The notes below the pieces were generated by a model that saw nothing but the letters and a program-made list of their open reading frames with translations, was not told the origin of the DNA and searched no databases. This document shows, in pieces, positions 11,224 to 24,609 of a stretch of DNA of 64,000 bases (position 1 is its first letter; every line of letters begins with the position of its first letter). Location of the stretch: positions 1 through 64,000 of the forward strand of contig NW_027191417.1 of assembly GCF_041146345.1 (NCBI RefSeq), written 5' to 3'. The translations under genes were made by a program, and so were the position numbers. This DNA is from Neodothiora populina (taxonomy: Eukaryota).

Positions 11224-13575
11224 ATGAAAATCTCCCAGATTGCCTTGTGGACGACAGTTTCCGTACCATTCGCTGTTGCGACAGAGAAGGTATTATGGTA
11301 TCAGCAGCCCGCACCGTCCTGGGTGGACACTTTGCCAATCGGCAATGGTCGACTAGGAGCGACAATCTTCGGGAAGACAACCGACGAGATCATTGTATTG
11401 AACGAGGACTCCATTTGCAATGGTCGTTTCACAAATCGCGTGAACCCCCGAGCCCAGCAGGCTTTTCCTGAGGTCCGCCGCTTGATGGACGCCGGTCAGC
11501 TCACTCTAGCCAGTGACCGATGGCTCAATGACATGGTTGGTATTCCGATCACCCAGAGAAAGTACGAACCAGGAGCATACATGACAATCAAAACCGGCCA
11601 TGACAAGGTCACAAACCATCAACGTGCTTTAGACGTCAGCACTGGTATTGCCAACTCTTCTTACACCTTCAACGGTGTTACTTACTACCGCGAGGCTGTG
11701 GGAAGCAATGCACGAAATGTCCTTGCATTCAAGTTCAGCGCGAGTCAAGCAGGCTCAATCGATCTTGACATTGGCCTTGATCGTGGACTGTCTTCCCGTG
11801 CCACAACGACAAGTGGTCCCGGCTTGCTGCACAGGGGCAGCGGGGCCGATGATAATGGATATACATTCTCCTACAAACTACTTCTAGACTCCTAGGGAGG
11901 TTCAAGTTCAACACCCGATGCGAATACTACCAGAGTCTCGGGTACAGATTCGGTCTATCTATACTGGGACGCTGAAACCCTTTTGTACAATACAGCCGGT
12001 CAAACAGCTTATGAAATGCTACTCGATAACCGATTGGCCGATGCGAAGAAAGCTAAGTACAGCACAATTATAATGGAAGCTGTGCGCGACTTGAAAAACC
12101 TCTACGATCGTGCTTCCTTCACGATTGGTGTCGGACCAAGTACCAGCAGAACCAAGCCAACTGACCAGAGACTCGCGGACCTCAAGACTGTACGTGATTT
12201 CAATGATGACCCCGAGTTACTCGCATTGGCATACAACTATGGCCGCTATCTGCTCATCTCGTCCAGTCGTAACGGGACTTTGCCTGCCAACCTGCACGGC
12301 ATATGGAATGATAGATTCAATCTTTACATGGGACTCTGAATATACCATTAACATCAATTTGCAGATGAACTACTGGCTGGCCGACATGAATGATCTTGAC
12401 GAGGTCAAGCAGCCCCTCTGGGATCACTTCGCTCGAATGCAGAATCGGGGGTCACAAGTCGCACGTACCATGTATGGCGTGGATGGCTGGATGTGTCATC
12501 ACAATACCGACATCTGGGGAGACTGTGCACCACAAGATGCTGGTTCTCAATGGACCATATGGCCGATGGGTGCCGCATGGACAATGTTCCATGCGATTGA
12601 GCACTTTCATTTTACAGGAGACAAAGTATTTGCAAAGCAAACCGCTCTCCCACTACTGACTGGGGCAATAACCTTATTCAACCAATTTTCGGTACTCCAA
12701 AACGGTTATTATGTGACCTATCCATCGAACTCTCCAGAGAACTCGTACAAGATACCTAGCGGTAAAACCAATTCTGGCGATCAAACTGGAATCGATAAGT
12801 CTTCCCAAGCTGATCGCGCCCTTGTATGGTACTTGTACAACGGGTTTATTGAGTTATCGAACGCTGTTGGCTCTACTTCTGGCGTCGTGGATGCAGCAGA
12901 ATACCTCAAGAAGCTCAAATCTACCGACATCAGCACAAACACAAGGCGATTGCTCGAATGGTCTGAGGATTATGAAGAAGTTGAGCCTGGACATAGACAC
13001 TTCTCGAACCTTATTGGTCTGCACCCAAGAAATCAATACTCGCCACTCACAAACACATCATTTGCAAATGCGGCGAAAAACGCTCTTGATTACCGTCTTA
13101 ATCAAGGTTCCGGGTCAACAGGCTGGTCACGAATCTGGGCTGCTCATCAATATGGCCGTCTCTTGCAAGGAAACCAGGCTGCGAGCAACATCCTGACTCT
13201 TATGACTGACTATATGTACAACAATCTCTTCGCCGTTACGAGTAGCACGTTCCAGATTGATGCAAACTTTGGTATTGTTTCTGCAGTCAACGAGATGCTT
13301 CTCCAATCGCACAATAATGTGCTACATATCGGGCCAGCAATGTCTTTCTTAACCAACTACTGAATGGCTCTTTCAAAGGTTGGAGAACTCGTGGTAACTT
13401 CAAGGTTGACGCGACCTGGTCGAACGGCCAGATCACAAGCGCACTCATAACATCCAAGAGCGGAGCCCAATTAGGAATCCGCATACAAGATAACAGATCG
13501 TTCTCTGTCAATGGGCGATGTTATAGTGGACCAGTCTCCACGAGCGTCAATGGCGTCTACCGCATAACATTTTAA
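11224..13575 (+). pseudogene. GH95 alpha-1,2-L-fucosidase-like, disrupted, intronless
   Basis: Signal peptide; LPIGNGRLGA, YGRYLLISSSR, NINLQMNYW, EPGHRHFS, TGWSR, FQIDANFG, EMLLQSH. In-frame TAG 11893, frameshifts at ~12325 and ~13345; C-terminus GWRTRGNFKVDATW ends TAA 13575. Confidence 0.92.
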
Positions 13576-14282
13576 GCACGTGGATAGTTGCCGAGCACTG
13601 CGGAAGGTAGAGAAAATTCCGGGTACCTTGGACTAGAGGGATACAGGCCCAGTGTTGACAAAACATGTCAATCGCATCTTCGAGTCACAGATTTAAGGTC
13701 TCGCTAAGAAAAGTGTTACGTTGCTGTATGACTTTAGGAACACGTCTCTTTGTCAGATGGCGGACTGGGGACTACAATGGTTTCGTAAGAATAGCAATCC
13801 AATCAACTCCATCCAAGTCCTGTCGTGTGACGTAATCGCACGATTGCTGGAGTATACCTCTTAACGACGGGATACGAATCTATCTTAGAAAATCTGCTCT
13901 GCCAGATTGAAAGCAAAGGGTTCGTACTGTACAACGACTGCACACTTCCCTGGTTGGCGAGTTCGCTTACCGAATATTCATGGTCACCGCTCATTGGTGG
14001 ATCTTTTCTTAGCCTGCAGATCGCCCCCTCTATCCCACACTACCTAGCCTCCACCTCTGACTTCTGACTGACCCTTCGCAGCACTAGAAAGAGCTAATAT
14101 ACACATCGCGCAGAAAGATGCCCTTCGAACTAACACTAATATATCCGGCTCGGCGCGGGAGCGATTTATGCCTCTTCCATATGTAGTGTGTTGCCGCTAT
14201 GATCTGAATTGCGGTAAGGTATACAAAAGATGCTCTCGCTGTAAAATCCTGTAGATTTTGTTGCTTGTGTAGATCACTCGAA

Positions 14283-15501
14283 ATGGTCCTTTCAAAGTCC
14301 TCGCTCTTGTTGTTCTCTCTTCTATTAGGCACGACCCATGCCTATGATCGAGGCGAATGCCAATATCCTACTGAACCCCTCCTACAAGGTTGTCCCCAAG
14401 GCACCTTGCTCGTTGGTCCTGACCAAAAGTTTACAAGCGTCCAGTCTGCAGTGCTCAGTATCCCCAACGACACTGTGCCTTATTATATATTAGTGCTGCC
14501 CGGCAACTACACTGAGCAGGTCAACATCACACGATCGGGGTCCTTAACTCTACTGGGCCAAACCAAATACCACAACGATGATGCGCAAAACGGCGTCAAC
14601 ATCATCTGGCACAATGCAACTGGTACAGCAAGCACAGGCAACTACGACAATGCGTATACTTCTACTCTGACCGTCGCACCCACTTTAAACAGCTCTTTGA
14701 CCGGCAGCGGGCCCACTGGTAACACAGTACCTGTAAGCACGCCTTTCGGGAACACCGATTTTAAAGCCTACAATCTCAATTTTGTCAACGACTATCGGCC
14801 CTACTCTGCCGGTCCTAGTCTAGCACTGAGCGTCAGCTATGCTAACGCTAGTTTCTATAACTGTGGCTTCTACAGCTACCAGGACACCGTAAGCCATGCT
14901 TTTCGTTCGAGGTCCCAGAATAGAATTGCTGAACACGCCTCAAAAACAGGTCTACATTGGCAAGGTGGGGAACACATACATGTACAACAGTACGGTCGCC
15001 GGACAGACCGACTTCCTGTATGGCTTCGGTACCCTCTGGCTGCAGTCCTGCCTGTTGTTAATGCGAGGATGTGGTGGTGGCATCACTGCCTGGAAAGGCA
15101 CAAATACCTCGTTTACCAACCATTATGGCGTCTATGTCCATGACTCGATCGTTCGTAAAGCAAACGACAGCCTGGAGATAGAGCACAAGTGCGCTCTGGG
15201 TCGTCCTTGGAATGCTTTGCATCGCAGCATCTTTGCAAACACGCACCTTGACGACAGTATCCAGCCGAGTGGATATATCGAGTGGAGCGCAAGTGATGTC
15301 AGGGTCAATGCCAATACCACTATGGCAGAGTACAATGACTTTGGTCCTGGATTTGATGCTGAGGGTAGAGCGTTGGCAGCAGATGTGACAATCGAATTGA
15401 CTGATGCGCAGTACACGCCCTATAGCACATTAGAAGATATTTTCCAATTTCCGTTCTCAGGCAAATTTGGCAACACTAAGTGGATTGACCGTAAGCCTTA
15501 A
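14283..15501 (+). CDS. Secreted pectin methylesterase-like protein (CE8)
   Basis: Signal peptide; PGNYTEQV, FYSYQDT|VY (intron 14889-14949), GQTDFLYGFG, LGRPW, MAEY..GPG. Confidence 0.9.
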
Positions 15502-16518
15502 TCCATTGAACTCCACGGACCATGGACTGGGACTAAATCGATTGGACACGGAAAATGCCATGGCTTTGCGTCCATGATTTTTCCAGAGATGCGATGTGAA
15601 GCGAACTGATAGTTTGACCATAGCGGTGGCATAGCCGACGGCAGCAAGCACGAGATCAGCTGCAGCGATGTTTACAACGCTTCAGAGACAATACTGCCAA
15701 AGGTAGATGTCAGTAAACAGATGTACGACTGGACTGCACTTCCGAATCCATACTTAAAGCAGTGTCGAATGTTTTCCGGACATGAGACCATGTCCAAGTT
15801 CGGGTGCTGAGACATTCGGGTCTATAGCCGAATAGCTGGCATGCGCGAGGATAATGATACTCTTCAATTTTGTGAGAGGTCATTCACTATGGAAGTAATC
15901 TGGCATTCTGATTGACTGATGGGGATTCAATATGACCGCCGTTCTGTTTGTGTATTTGATCAGCAACAGTAACATTGACCAACATAGATGTTCAAGTGCT
16001 ATAGCTGATCTATACGATCAGACTGAGCAAGTCTTGCCGATCGATTGCATCTCTTCGTCCAAGTCTGTAGAAGTAGAGCCCATTGCACTCAACTCGTCCT
16101 TCCTCGTACCGCGTCGCGCCTTTGCCATGATGCTGAAGTCTTTTGTTTTCCCCAATAACAATAAGCCTACGGTGCTCGTATCGCAGTATCACCCATAAAA
16201 AAAGCCAAGCGTGCTTCCTCCCTGCTGACTAGTGGCAAGTGCATTTCCGCCTTAGGTGACCGGTGTACCTATATTGGATCGCTGCAGCAACTGACAAATG
16301 GCCAATTGGCGTAGAAGAAGCGGAAGATCTGAGACAAGAGCTTTTACGGGAGCGGGGTACTGTGGAAAAAGTCATGACCCGTGGTGCTGATATATATGCA
16401 TTCTAGCAATTGACTTGACCATACGACGAAGCAACCCTCTCTTTGCGGAATATGAGAGCGCCATTTTGTCCCGAATTCCTTCTGCATGTGGCTCTTGTTT
16501 GGACGCTCCTTCCTACGC

Positions 16519-19500
16519 CTACTCCGTCCGTCTCCGCCACTGTAGATTCGTGGGATTCAAGTCCCGGATGATCTCGTGTATCTTGCCGTCTCCCATTAGT
16601 ACCACAGTATCCCTTCCAATCTTCATATGTTTCTCCAAGGCATTGAATCTATGAGCAGTCATGATGACAGTATGTCCTCTCTGAGTGAATTCATTGTCAA
16701 TGATATCATGCATGATCACTTCTGTGGCAGCGTCCAGAGAAGAAGTGACTTCGTCCAAGATGACCACAGGTTTCATTTGACTAAATAGTGGCGTGCCAGC
16801 TTTCACAAGTGCTCGACAAAGTGCAAATTGCTGGCACTCTCCTGCGGAAAGCTGTCGAAGACGAGACACCTTTTGATCCAGAATCGGATGTTGGCCAACT
16901 TCTGCGATGCCAACAGATTTCGCTGTCATTTCGTACGTATCTTTTCCTGAGAAATGTGACCACAACCTCACCCTGGCTAAAGCTAGAATTACCACATCAT
17001 TGGATACTGAGTTGTCGGAGATTGAAGCGTAAGGTTTCATCCGGTAACAGCAATGGATCTTGGGTGACCACGATGAAACACTGTTGCCGTAGCAAATCCG
17101 GGCTTAAATGCTTGATATTGACGCCATCTAGTACGATTGTGCCTGTATGCAATACAAGGAGTCGCAAAAGTGCTAAAAGTAACGTACTTTTGCCGCTGCG
17201 CGTGTTGTCAGCTTTCGTTGATGTTGAAAGGGTTTCTTTTTATGTTTTCTGCTGACCTGCCTGTACGCCCACAGATGAGGAGCCTCTGGCCCGCATCTAC
17301 GATCAAGCTCACAATCTTCAAGGCAGGAATCCCAGGTCTTTGTTCTCACTCGTAAGTATGTTGGTATATAGTCGTCTGCTGAGTGACTTACTGGTAAAAT
17401 GCAGTAACGTTCGTAATCTCGATATGTCCCTTAGCAGGCCAATCCTTGGGGAGTTCTAAGGATGAGGTCTTGCTGTATTCACAAGGTATGACCTCTTCGA
17501 GCTTTTTGAGGCGCGCAATGGCACTAAGAGAAGTCTCGAGTGTAGTCCAGTTCTCCACAAGTTTCAGCAAAGTTGTGTTCGCTACGAGCATGATGTTCAG
17601 CGCAATCCCGACCTAGGAGCCACTGATACGGTCTCGCAACGTTACAGCTATAGCAATAATGCCTGTGACAATCATCGCGGCCATGAGATCCAAGACAATG
17701 GTCAAACATCTGCGGAGGCATAGAAGGATAAATTCAGGACGTTGAGAGTCATCAATATTCCTGTGATTGGCGCGTATCACGGCTTTGGACCACCCGAAAG
17801 ATCGTATCGTCTCAAGTCCTTCGATCTACCAAATTAGCATCGATAGTTCTTATGCTCGGCAAAGGGATACTCACGGTCTCTATGAAGCTTGAGAAAAATT
17901 CTGCTCGTGACTCTGTCTCCAGATAACGAAGTTGTCTTGATGCACGGAGGTAAACCTTTTGAACAGCGTATATTAGGCTCGTACAAACCGGTATCAATAG
18001 TATGAGCCATCTTTCAGTAACGCAAAGAAGGATGACCTGCATGAAGAGCTTGAAGATCTCTGGTAATAGTGTTAACCTTTGACGTTTGTCCGGAGACAGT
18101 AAATGATACTTACGGGTCGTCAGAGCTTGAAGTGCAGACGGTAATTGCTTGTCGATGGATTGTATGTCTTGGCTGATTCTACAACTCATTAGCAGTTGTA
18201 GCATCGATATTGACTGGACCTCTACCTCTCCACAATCAACCCATGATCAGTGCTTGAAAAGTACGACAATGGTGCACTATTCAAAGTCAGCATTCCTATA
18301 TGTTTCTCAAGGTCAAGCTCAATAGGTATAGATACTTCATCACGATGTTCAGGAGACGTTGGTGTAACCGCATTCCGGACTGGGGAGCAAGTCGGATGAC
18401 TACAGACCTGGCGAGATTTCAGTGAAAAGGAGCGGCAGGCATCTCTGTGGAACATATTACATCTGTATACTAGTCGAAACCCACGACATTACCGCTATTA
18501 CCAGAAAGCTACTAGCGTAGAATACTGTATCACTACTAGCTGAAATTGTCCATAGTTGAAGCCAGTATTGAGGAATTTTGATGAATAAAGCATATGACAA
18601 AGTGCTGCTAACGAGGAACAGGATATTGGTGAGCGCAATGAAACTCATATAATAACCTAGGTTTCAGTCAGTCGTTGTTCTCGGGATTATGGTGAGATAC
18701 TACCATATAGAACTGGATCTCCGGTTTTTCTGGACAGGTCTGCTTTTGTTTTCTCTCTTGCTCGTAGCTGTAAGCTGACCTTGTCGAGATCGGCTGACAT
18801 GGCGCCAGCGTCGTCGATGTTGCGGGCCGTAGTAAGCTTCTCCATGAGTGCGACCTTGATCTTAATGTTTCGCCAAGATCCTTAATCCAAGATCCTTGAT
18901 CCAAGATCCTACCATTGTCGAGGACCACCACATGGTCTGCCATGTGGAAATACTGAGCTTCATCGTAGTTAGCTAGGATGTTGTAGAGAATTCGAGGAAT
19001 TCCCACATGAGTTCGAAACCAGAATCACCGTTGCATTCAATCTGCGTAGAAAACCCTTAGGGCCGAACAGATTTCGAAAAATGGTGTGCTCTGTCTGGCC
19101 ATCCAGGCCACTGAAGATGTCATCGAAAAGACACATCTCGCATCTTGCGAACAATGTACGTGCAAGGGTCTGAGAGGGTCAAATCGGCTCCATACATCGC
19201 ACTTCAGAAGACATACCACTCGTAATTTCTGACCTCCAGACAGTTTTTGGCCCATGCTACCGACCTGAGTTTCATCACCGTCGAAGAGGGTAGCAAAGTT
19301 ATGGCTGAGACAACAAATGTTTATGATTTCTTGATAATAGTCTTCAGAGTCTTGATTGTCAGGTCCTTGTATTACCTCTTTGATGGTTCCGGACGGCAGC
19401 CATGGTTCTTGTGAGCAGTAGGCCATTTTCCATGTTGACAAACAGATGGAGCCATTTGTAGGGACTACTTCGTCCAGGATAGCACGTAATAGGGTAGTTT

Positions 19501-21726
19501 TACCGCTACCGGTAGCGCCGGATATCATAGCGAATGATCCAGCGGCTATCTCAATGTTCACGTCCTTCAAGATCGGCTGCTGTCGATCAATCCCTAGGTG
19601 AGAAACCTGGATAGCGGATTCTGGTCGCCTGAGATTATCAGACGTTGTGGTCTGGGGCATGTGATCCAGGTTACCGTTTGGAAGTATATCATAATCGCGT
19701 CGACGTGAGTTTTGAAGTAAGAAGGCTTCAATCCGTTGAAAACCTGAGAAGGCAGCCACAGCACGTGGTACTATCGTCATCACATGTTGGCAGGGTGTGT
19801 AATCATACCCAATATGGCGATAGTGGTGAAGGCAGTCTCCGTGTCCAAGTTCCTGCGATTTGCCTTGGAAAGTATAGCATAAGTGACCAAAGTCAAGGCC
19901 GGGGAGAGTATCCCAAGCGCATTAGCTATTTTTGAGTCAGCTTTGTGAATGATGTCGAAATCAATCAGTGTCCGGACCATACCAGAAGCATTATGATATG
20001 CCATAGTCCACCTGAGTTTTGAAGCTTTTCGAAGCTCTTCGGTCCGAAGTTGGCTGAGCTGATGACTAGTCTGGCGCTGTAGCCCAAGCATCTTGACAGT
20101 TTTGACAGCACGCATTACAGAAGTTGTTGCTACTATACGATCTTATGTCGCGATGCTCCAGGCTTTCTGATGAGGCTGCAGATGCTTTGCAACAAAACGA
20201 CTCATGTATGAACATGCTATCTATATGTTAGAATCTCAGGGTCGGAGCTGTGTTCTTCACCTACGATAGATCAAAATAAAAGGAGGGAGCCAGAGGTAAT
20301 CCACTTGATTTGCGAGAAAAGAAATGCCAATCAGCACTTCAAACACTTGAGCCCATGTTTCGTGTATCATCTCAGCAGCTCCATCAAGATTGACCGCATC
20401 GTTGCTGATGAGTGTAGGAGCCTCACTATTATCATAAGCAGCGCCGACGGATTGCATTGTGTTGTCGTGGATCAATCTCATTAGAGAACTTCTGGTCATG
20501 AGTCTTAGTCTGTTGATGTGGTGCTGATATATAGCCGTCGAGACCTATGATCGAGTCTTCAGCGTCTGGCCATGGTCTGATGGAGGATCAAAACTCACGG
20601 CAATGCCAACGTAGATCAATATGGCTGATACAACGAGCCAAAGTCCCTTAGATTGTTCGTCGTTGCCACCAGTGCCTACACGATGTCCTTCAACGTACTT
20701 GATCACTTCTTTAACCAAGGCAGGCTGAGAATATCGAAAGATTATCAAGAAAAGTCTGGGTATACTTGCCGCGACAAGCGGCCTTCTCATACATTTCACT
20801 AAAGCGAGGGGGAGACTCTTTCCTTCGACTTCATCTATTAATCAGAGGTGTGTAGAGCTCGCGAATATTTGGTAACACGCCTTGTCTGGGCCAGGTCCGG
20901 AGTATTGCCTCTCTGGTGACCTCGGAGTTGAGATCGTAGCTGAGCGGTGGTAGATCCTGGACGACGAGAACCCTTCGGTACCATCTACGAATGATTGGAT
21001 TTATCCAAGTAAACGACACTCTACTCAAGATGCCATGAGTTTCTTCCGGTGACCGGTGCTTCACAAGGGTATCTGACTTTCGACGCTTCGCGCAGCACTC
21101 TGTGATAAGAAGCGCAGAGTATATGCAGCAACGATAAGCTATCAGTGGTGAAGCATTCATATATTCCGTGCTCTTGCAGGGCATGCTCAAGTATAGAAGG
21201 TCGCATAACATCGTTGCAAAGAGATACACCGTAGCTAGATCAGATGAATGATGAGACCATTGTTGCTCCTCGTAGAGAAGACGGCTTAATCCCAGTGCAG
21301 CTGCTGTTGAAGCCAACAGGGACATTTTGAAGGTGCTGTCATGTTTCACTGGCGGGGCTAGATAACTTATCCAATAGTCGTTTGTAAGATTACAAGCGAG
21401 ATTCCAAGACTCTGAATCCACCATCGAGTGAGACGTGACCCACGGGTAGATAGAAGGACAGTACTGACAGCTTTGAATAATCCTTGCCATCCTGAATTAA
21501 TCGTAATTCTCGAGCGACGCAGCTTTCGCAGTCTGGCAGGAAGAGCCAACAAAAATATGACAGCACAAATCGTAGTCGTAGTATGTGACCAATCTGTGGA
21601 ACTTACTAGCATTGCGACCATCTCGAAGATTGGCGATGATGATACTACTGAGTCGCAAGACGATCGTGTGCCGAGAGGTTTAAACCCTGCGAGAACGCCG
21701 CATCGTTGGGAGATTTGCGGATGCAT
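16519..21726 (-). pseudogene. ABCC/MRP-type ABC transporter, disrupted
   Basis: Walker A GATGSGKT and GRTG, signature LSGGQK / LSAGE, ILDEVTSSLD, TM segments. Lesions: TAA ~20147 (IAT*DRI), frameshift ~19782, 14-bp duplication 18873-18910, TAG ~17614 (GS*VGIAL). Exact 5' end uncertain. Confidence 0.9.
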
Positions 21727-22320
21727 CAGGTTCTGTTGCAGCAGCCAGAGCGTCGGAAGATTGATTCCGAGAGGCCCTCATCGATATCGAGCCATCCAAT
21801 GGTAGACAGCATCTCTATCTGATTATTGGGCCCTGCGTTTTGGTTTAAATCCTCACTGAGCACCCTGGATCCACAGCAAGACTAGATTTAATCGACGTAC
21901 TTGCGGTCGGTATATCAAAGCTCCGATCCGCTTGCATAAAGGATAAATTGCAAGAGTCTACCTTGAGGATCATACGAATCATCTCACATCATATTGCGCT
22001 GGACATCAGGTAGTTTTGCGCACATAAGATTGGTCACCAAATCTATGCAACGCGCAAGTCGAGTGGTGACTGACATGCATACATCAGCAATATTTAAAAG
22101 ATCTTGAGGAGGAAAGGTAAAACTCCAATCATATGTCTAGTCTTAATATGGTTATCGCGCTCGGTTCTCCCCATCTGTCTTATTTTCGACCACGTACTTT
22201 GTGACATATTCATGCAATGGTCTTGCAGCGGTCCTTCCATTCGAATATGCGTATATGCCAGCTTGCTGCCTGTAGCCCAAACACTTCTCCCGCTAGGTAT
22301 CTCGAAATGTTCACCAAGCT

Positions 22321-22965
22321 TCAGATGTATTCTACGATGAGATCGATGAACACGCACCTACAACTGATCGTTGTATTGTTCGCTAACAAAGGGCTGATCG
22401 TTGTGACTGGACCAGATGGTGCCCCTGTAGAACAACCTGTTGAATTCGCACGGTCAGCTGGAAATCATTATATGCGATCGAGCATGCCAATGATGTATGT
22501 CTTAGGCATTAGTGCCAATTCACTCATCCACCCACTGAAAGGTTGTCCGAAATACTCCAGCTTTCCATATTTGCTTATGTACATGCCAGGAGTAGCTTCA
22601 CCACCGATATTGAGATAAACCCATCGAGGGTCTGTGCCTGTAGACGCCTCAGGCATATGCCAATTGTAGGTTCGTCCGTCGAAATATAGGCCCGAGTCTG
22701 AGGCATTACCCACATCTGTGATTTGGCCTTGGCTTGCTTGATCGCGGCTGACACCTGTGATAGCCCAGAAGGACTGATAAATGTAAGTCTGACCAACGTA
22801 TCCTCTGTCGAAGCCGTGTGTATATGTTCCGGTCAAATTGGTCTTTTTGTAAGCATGTAGTACAAAAACGGGACTTGGGTCTGGCTCGTCAAACTGCCGT
22901 GGCACGACAATTGAGGCCCAAGTAGATGCAGCATACAGCAAGATGAGTTTGGGTGAGAGAATCAT
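22321..22965 (-). CDS. Small secreted protein (cell-wall/effector-like, unknown function)
   Basis: Signal peptide MILSPKLILLYAASTWAS. Predicted intron after ..FSGWM (acceptor gctgac..caacag ~22438) adds exon SCSTGAPSGPVTTISPLLANNTTISCRCVFIDLIVEYI*. Confidence 0.7.
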
Positions 22966-24609
22966 CTTCGTAAAAGCAACGAGAACATCCGTGGTCAGAC
23001 AGCCTTCGTGGTGCGCGGTTCTTGTTTTTCCAATGCTGGTCGACGTTAAAACTATGTGGCGTGTGGAAGGATCTATCTATATACGTGTCACACACTGTGT
23101 TGAGACATCCTTGTCGTGTCAATTCTACTTAACTCTATAGCTCCTGCGTTTTGCAGGCGCCAAGTGCTGCATGTCCATGGAGAGCATCTAAATTGTTTAC
23201 CTGCACCAGAACGCACGACCTGGGGTCAGGCTACTAGTACTCAAGACAAAGATGTCCAGCTTTCGCAGCTACCGACGGTCATACCACAAAACAAGGCAGG
23301 TTATTCTCAAGCTCCCGACAAGCAGTCGATACACATGGACATGATTGATGGAATATCTGCGATGCGTTCCTGACGAAAGCTTACTGGGCGCAGGGAGCAG
23401 TCATCACTAACGACAAACAGGATGAGCTGCATATAGTAGCACCAGACATCGCGATCTACAGTATGTGTAGCTGAAGCCAGCTTGGAACGTGGCGTTCGTG
23501 AAAGCTAGATTTGTTCATATCATCGAACCGGTCCTTCCATAGAAAGGAGTAAAGGTCTAAAGCTTCAAGGGTGCGTGACACATAGATCATGGCATCGCCG
23601 TCGCCGACCACTTTTGGCGCTCCGGAGCAACATGGATGTTCGACGAACAATGCTGACGAATATGTGGCTGTCACGACGACTCCTCGCATATCGAGCTACA
23701 TTCAAAGGCGATACCCCTACGAATCATACTTTGGGCGAATCATATCACCAGCACAGAGTTGAAACTTGGCCTCGTCAGAGAGAGGAGTCGATCAAAACCC
23801 GACCAGGACGATACGGCCATTTTTTATCTGCCGAGACTGCAACAGCCAAGATATGGTACCGCATCTGATCTATCCGAAGTGATTGAAAGAGATAATTACG
23901 AGTGGAAGACAGATAAGCAAGTCCGAAAACGTCCGATGCCGGTCTTTCATGCAAGCTGGGTCCCCGACATTCGCCTCTGTGGGGACTGGAGAGATAAGGC
24001 AGGCGAGATGCACACACTAAGCGAGGCGGGGTTCGCTAGACCAATGGTGGGTGAGATCGTGATGTGTTCTGCGATTCATGTACCGCGCGATCATGCTATA
24101 GCTTTCTAATCGGACCACTTATATATCTTCATTTGCGCAGGATGTGTTGATGTAGACGTAGTCGTTGTTTGATTCGACTGCCTGCCACTATACAAAGAAG
24201 TAAAGAGCGGGCAAGTACCAACGAAGACGCACTGACCCATTGCCGAGAACACTTACGACCTCGAACTGCACGCGCTGATAAGAGTCTTATTGGCTGTGCT
24301 GTCGTATAAGCTCCCTTGGCATGTTACCAGTCGTACGGATTCTCAACATCTGTGTAAAATATTTTGCAAAGTGCAGGCGATTAGCCTGTGCCCGGCGGCC
24401 ATTGTTGTTGAATGGCATTACCTTGCGATAGGATACATTGGCTGTTGGAGAGATATCTGTACGATCGGCAATCTAGCCTACGTAAGGCGATGTGAGATGT
24501 GAATACTAACAGTGTTTCACCGTGATGGTTGTATTCGTACATAAATAGGATGAACCCGCCCAGGAGGTGCCAAGGGCCTTCCTATTCATGTTGCACATCG
24601 CTTACTACG

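Noticed and set aside
23560..24109. Possible degenerate gene remnant
   Set aside because: Short protein-like patches in shifting frames, but no recognisable family.
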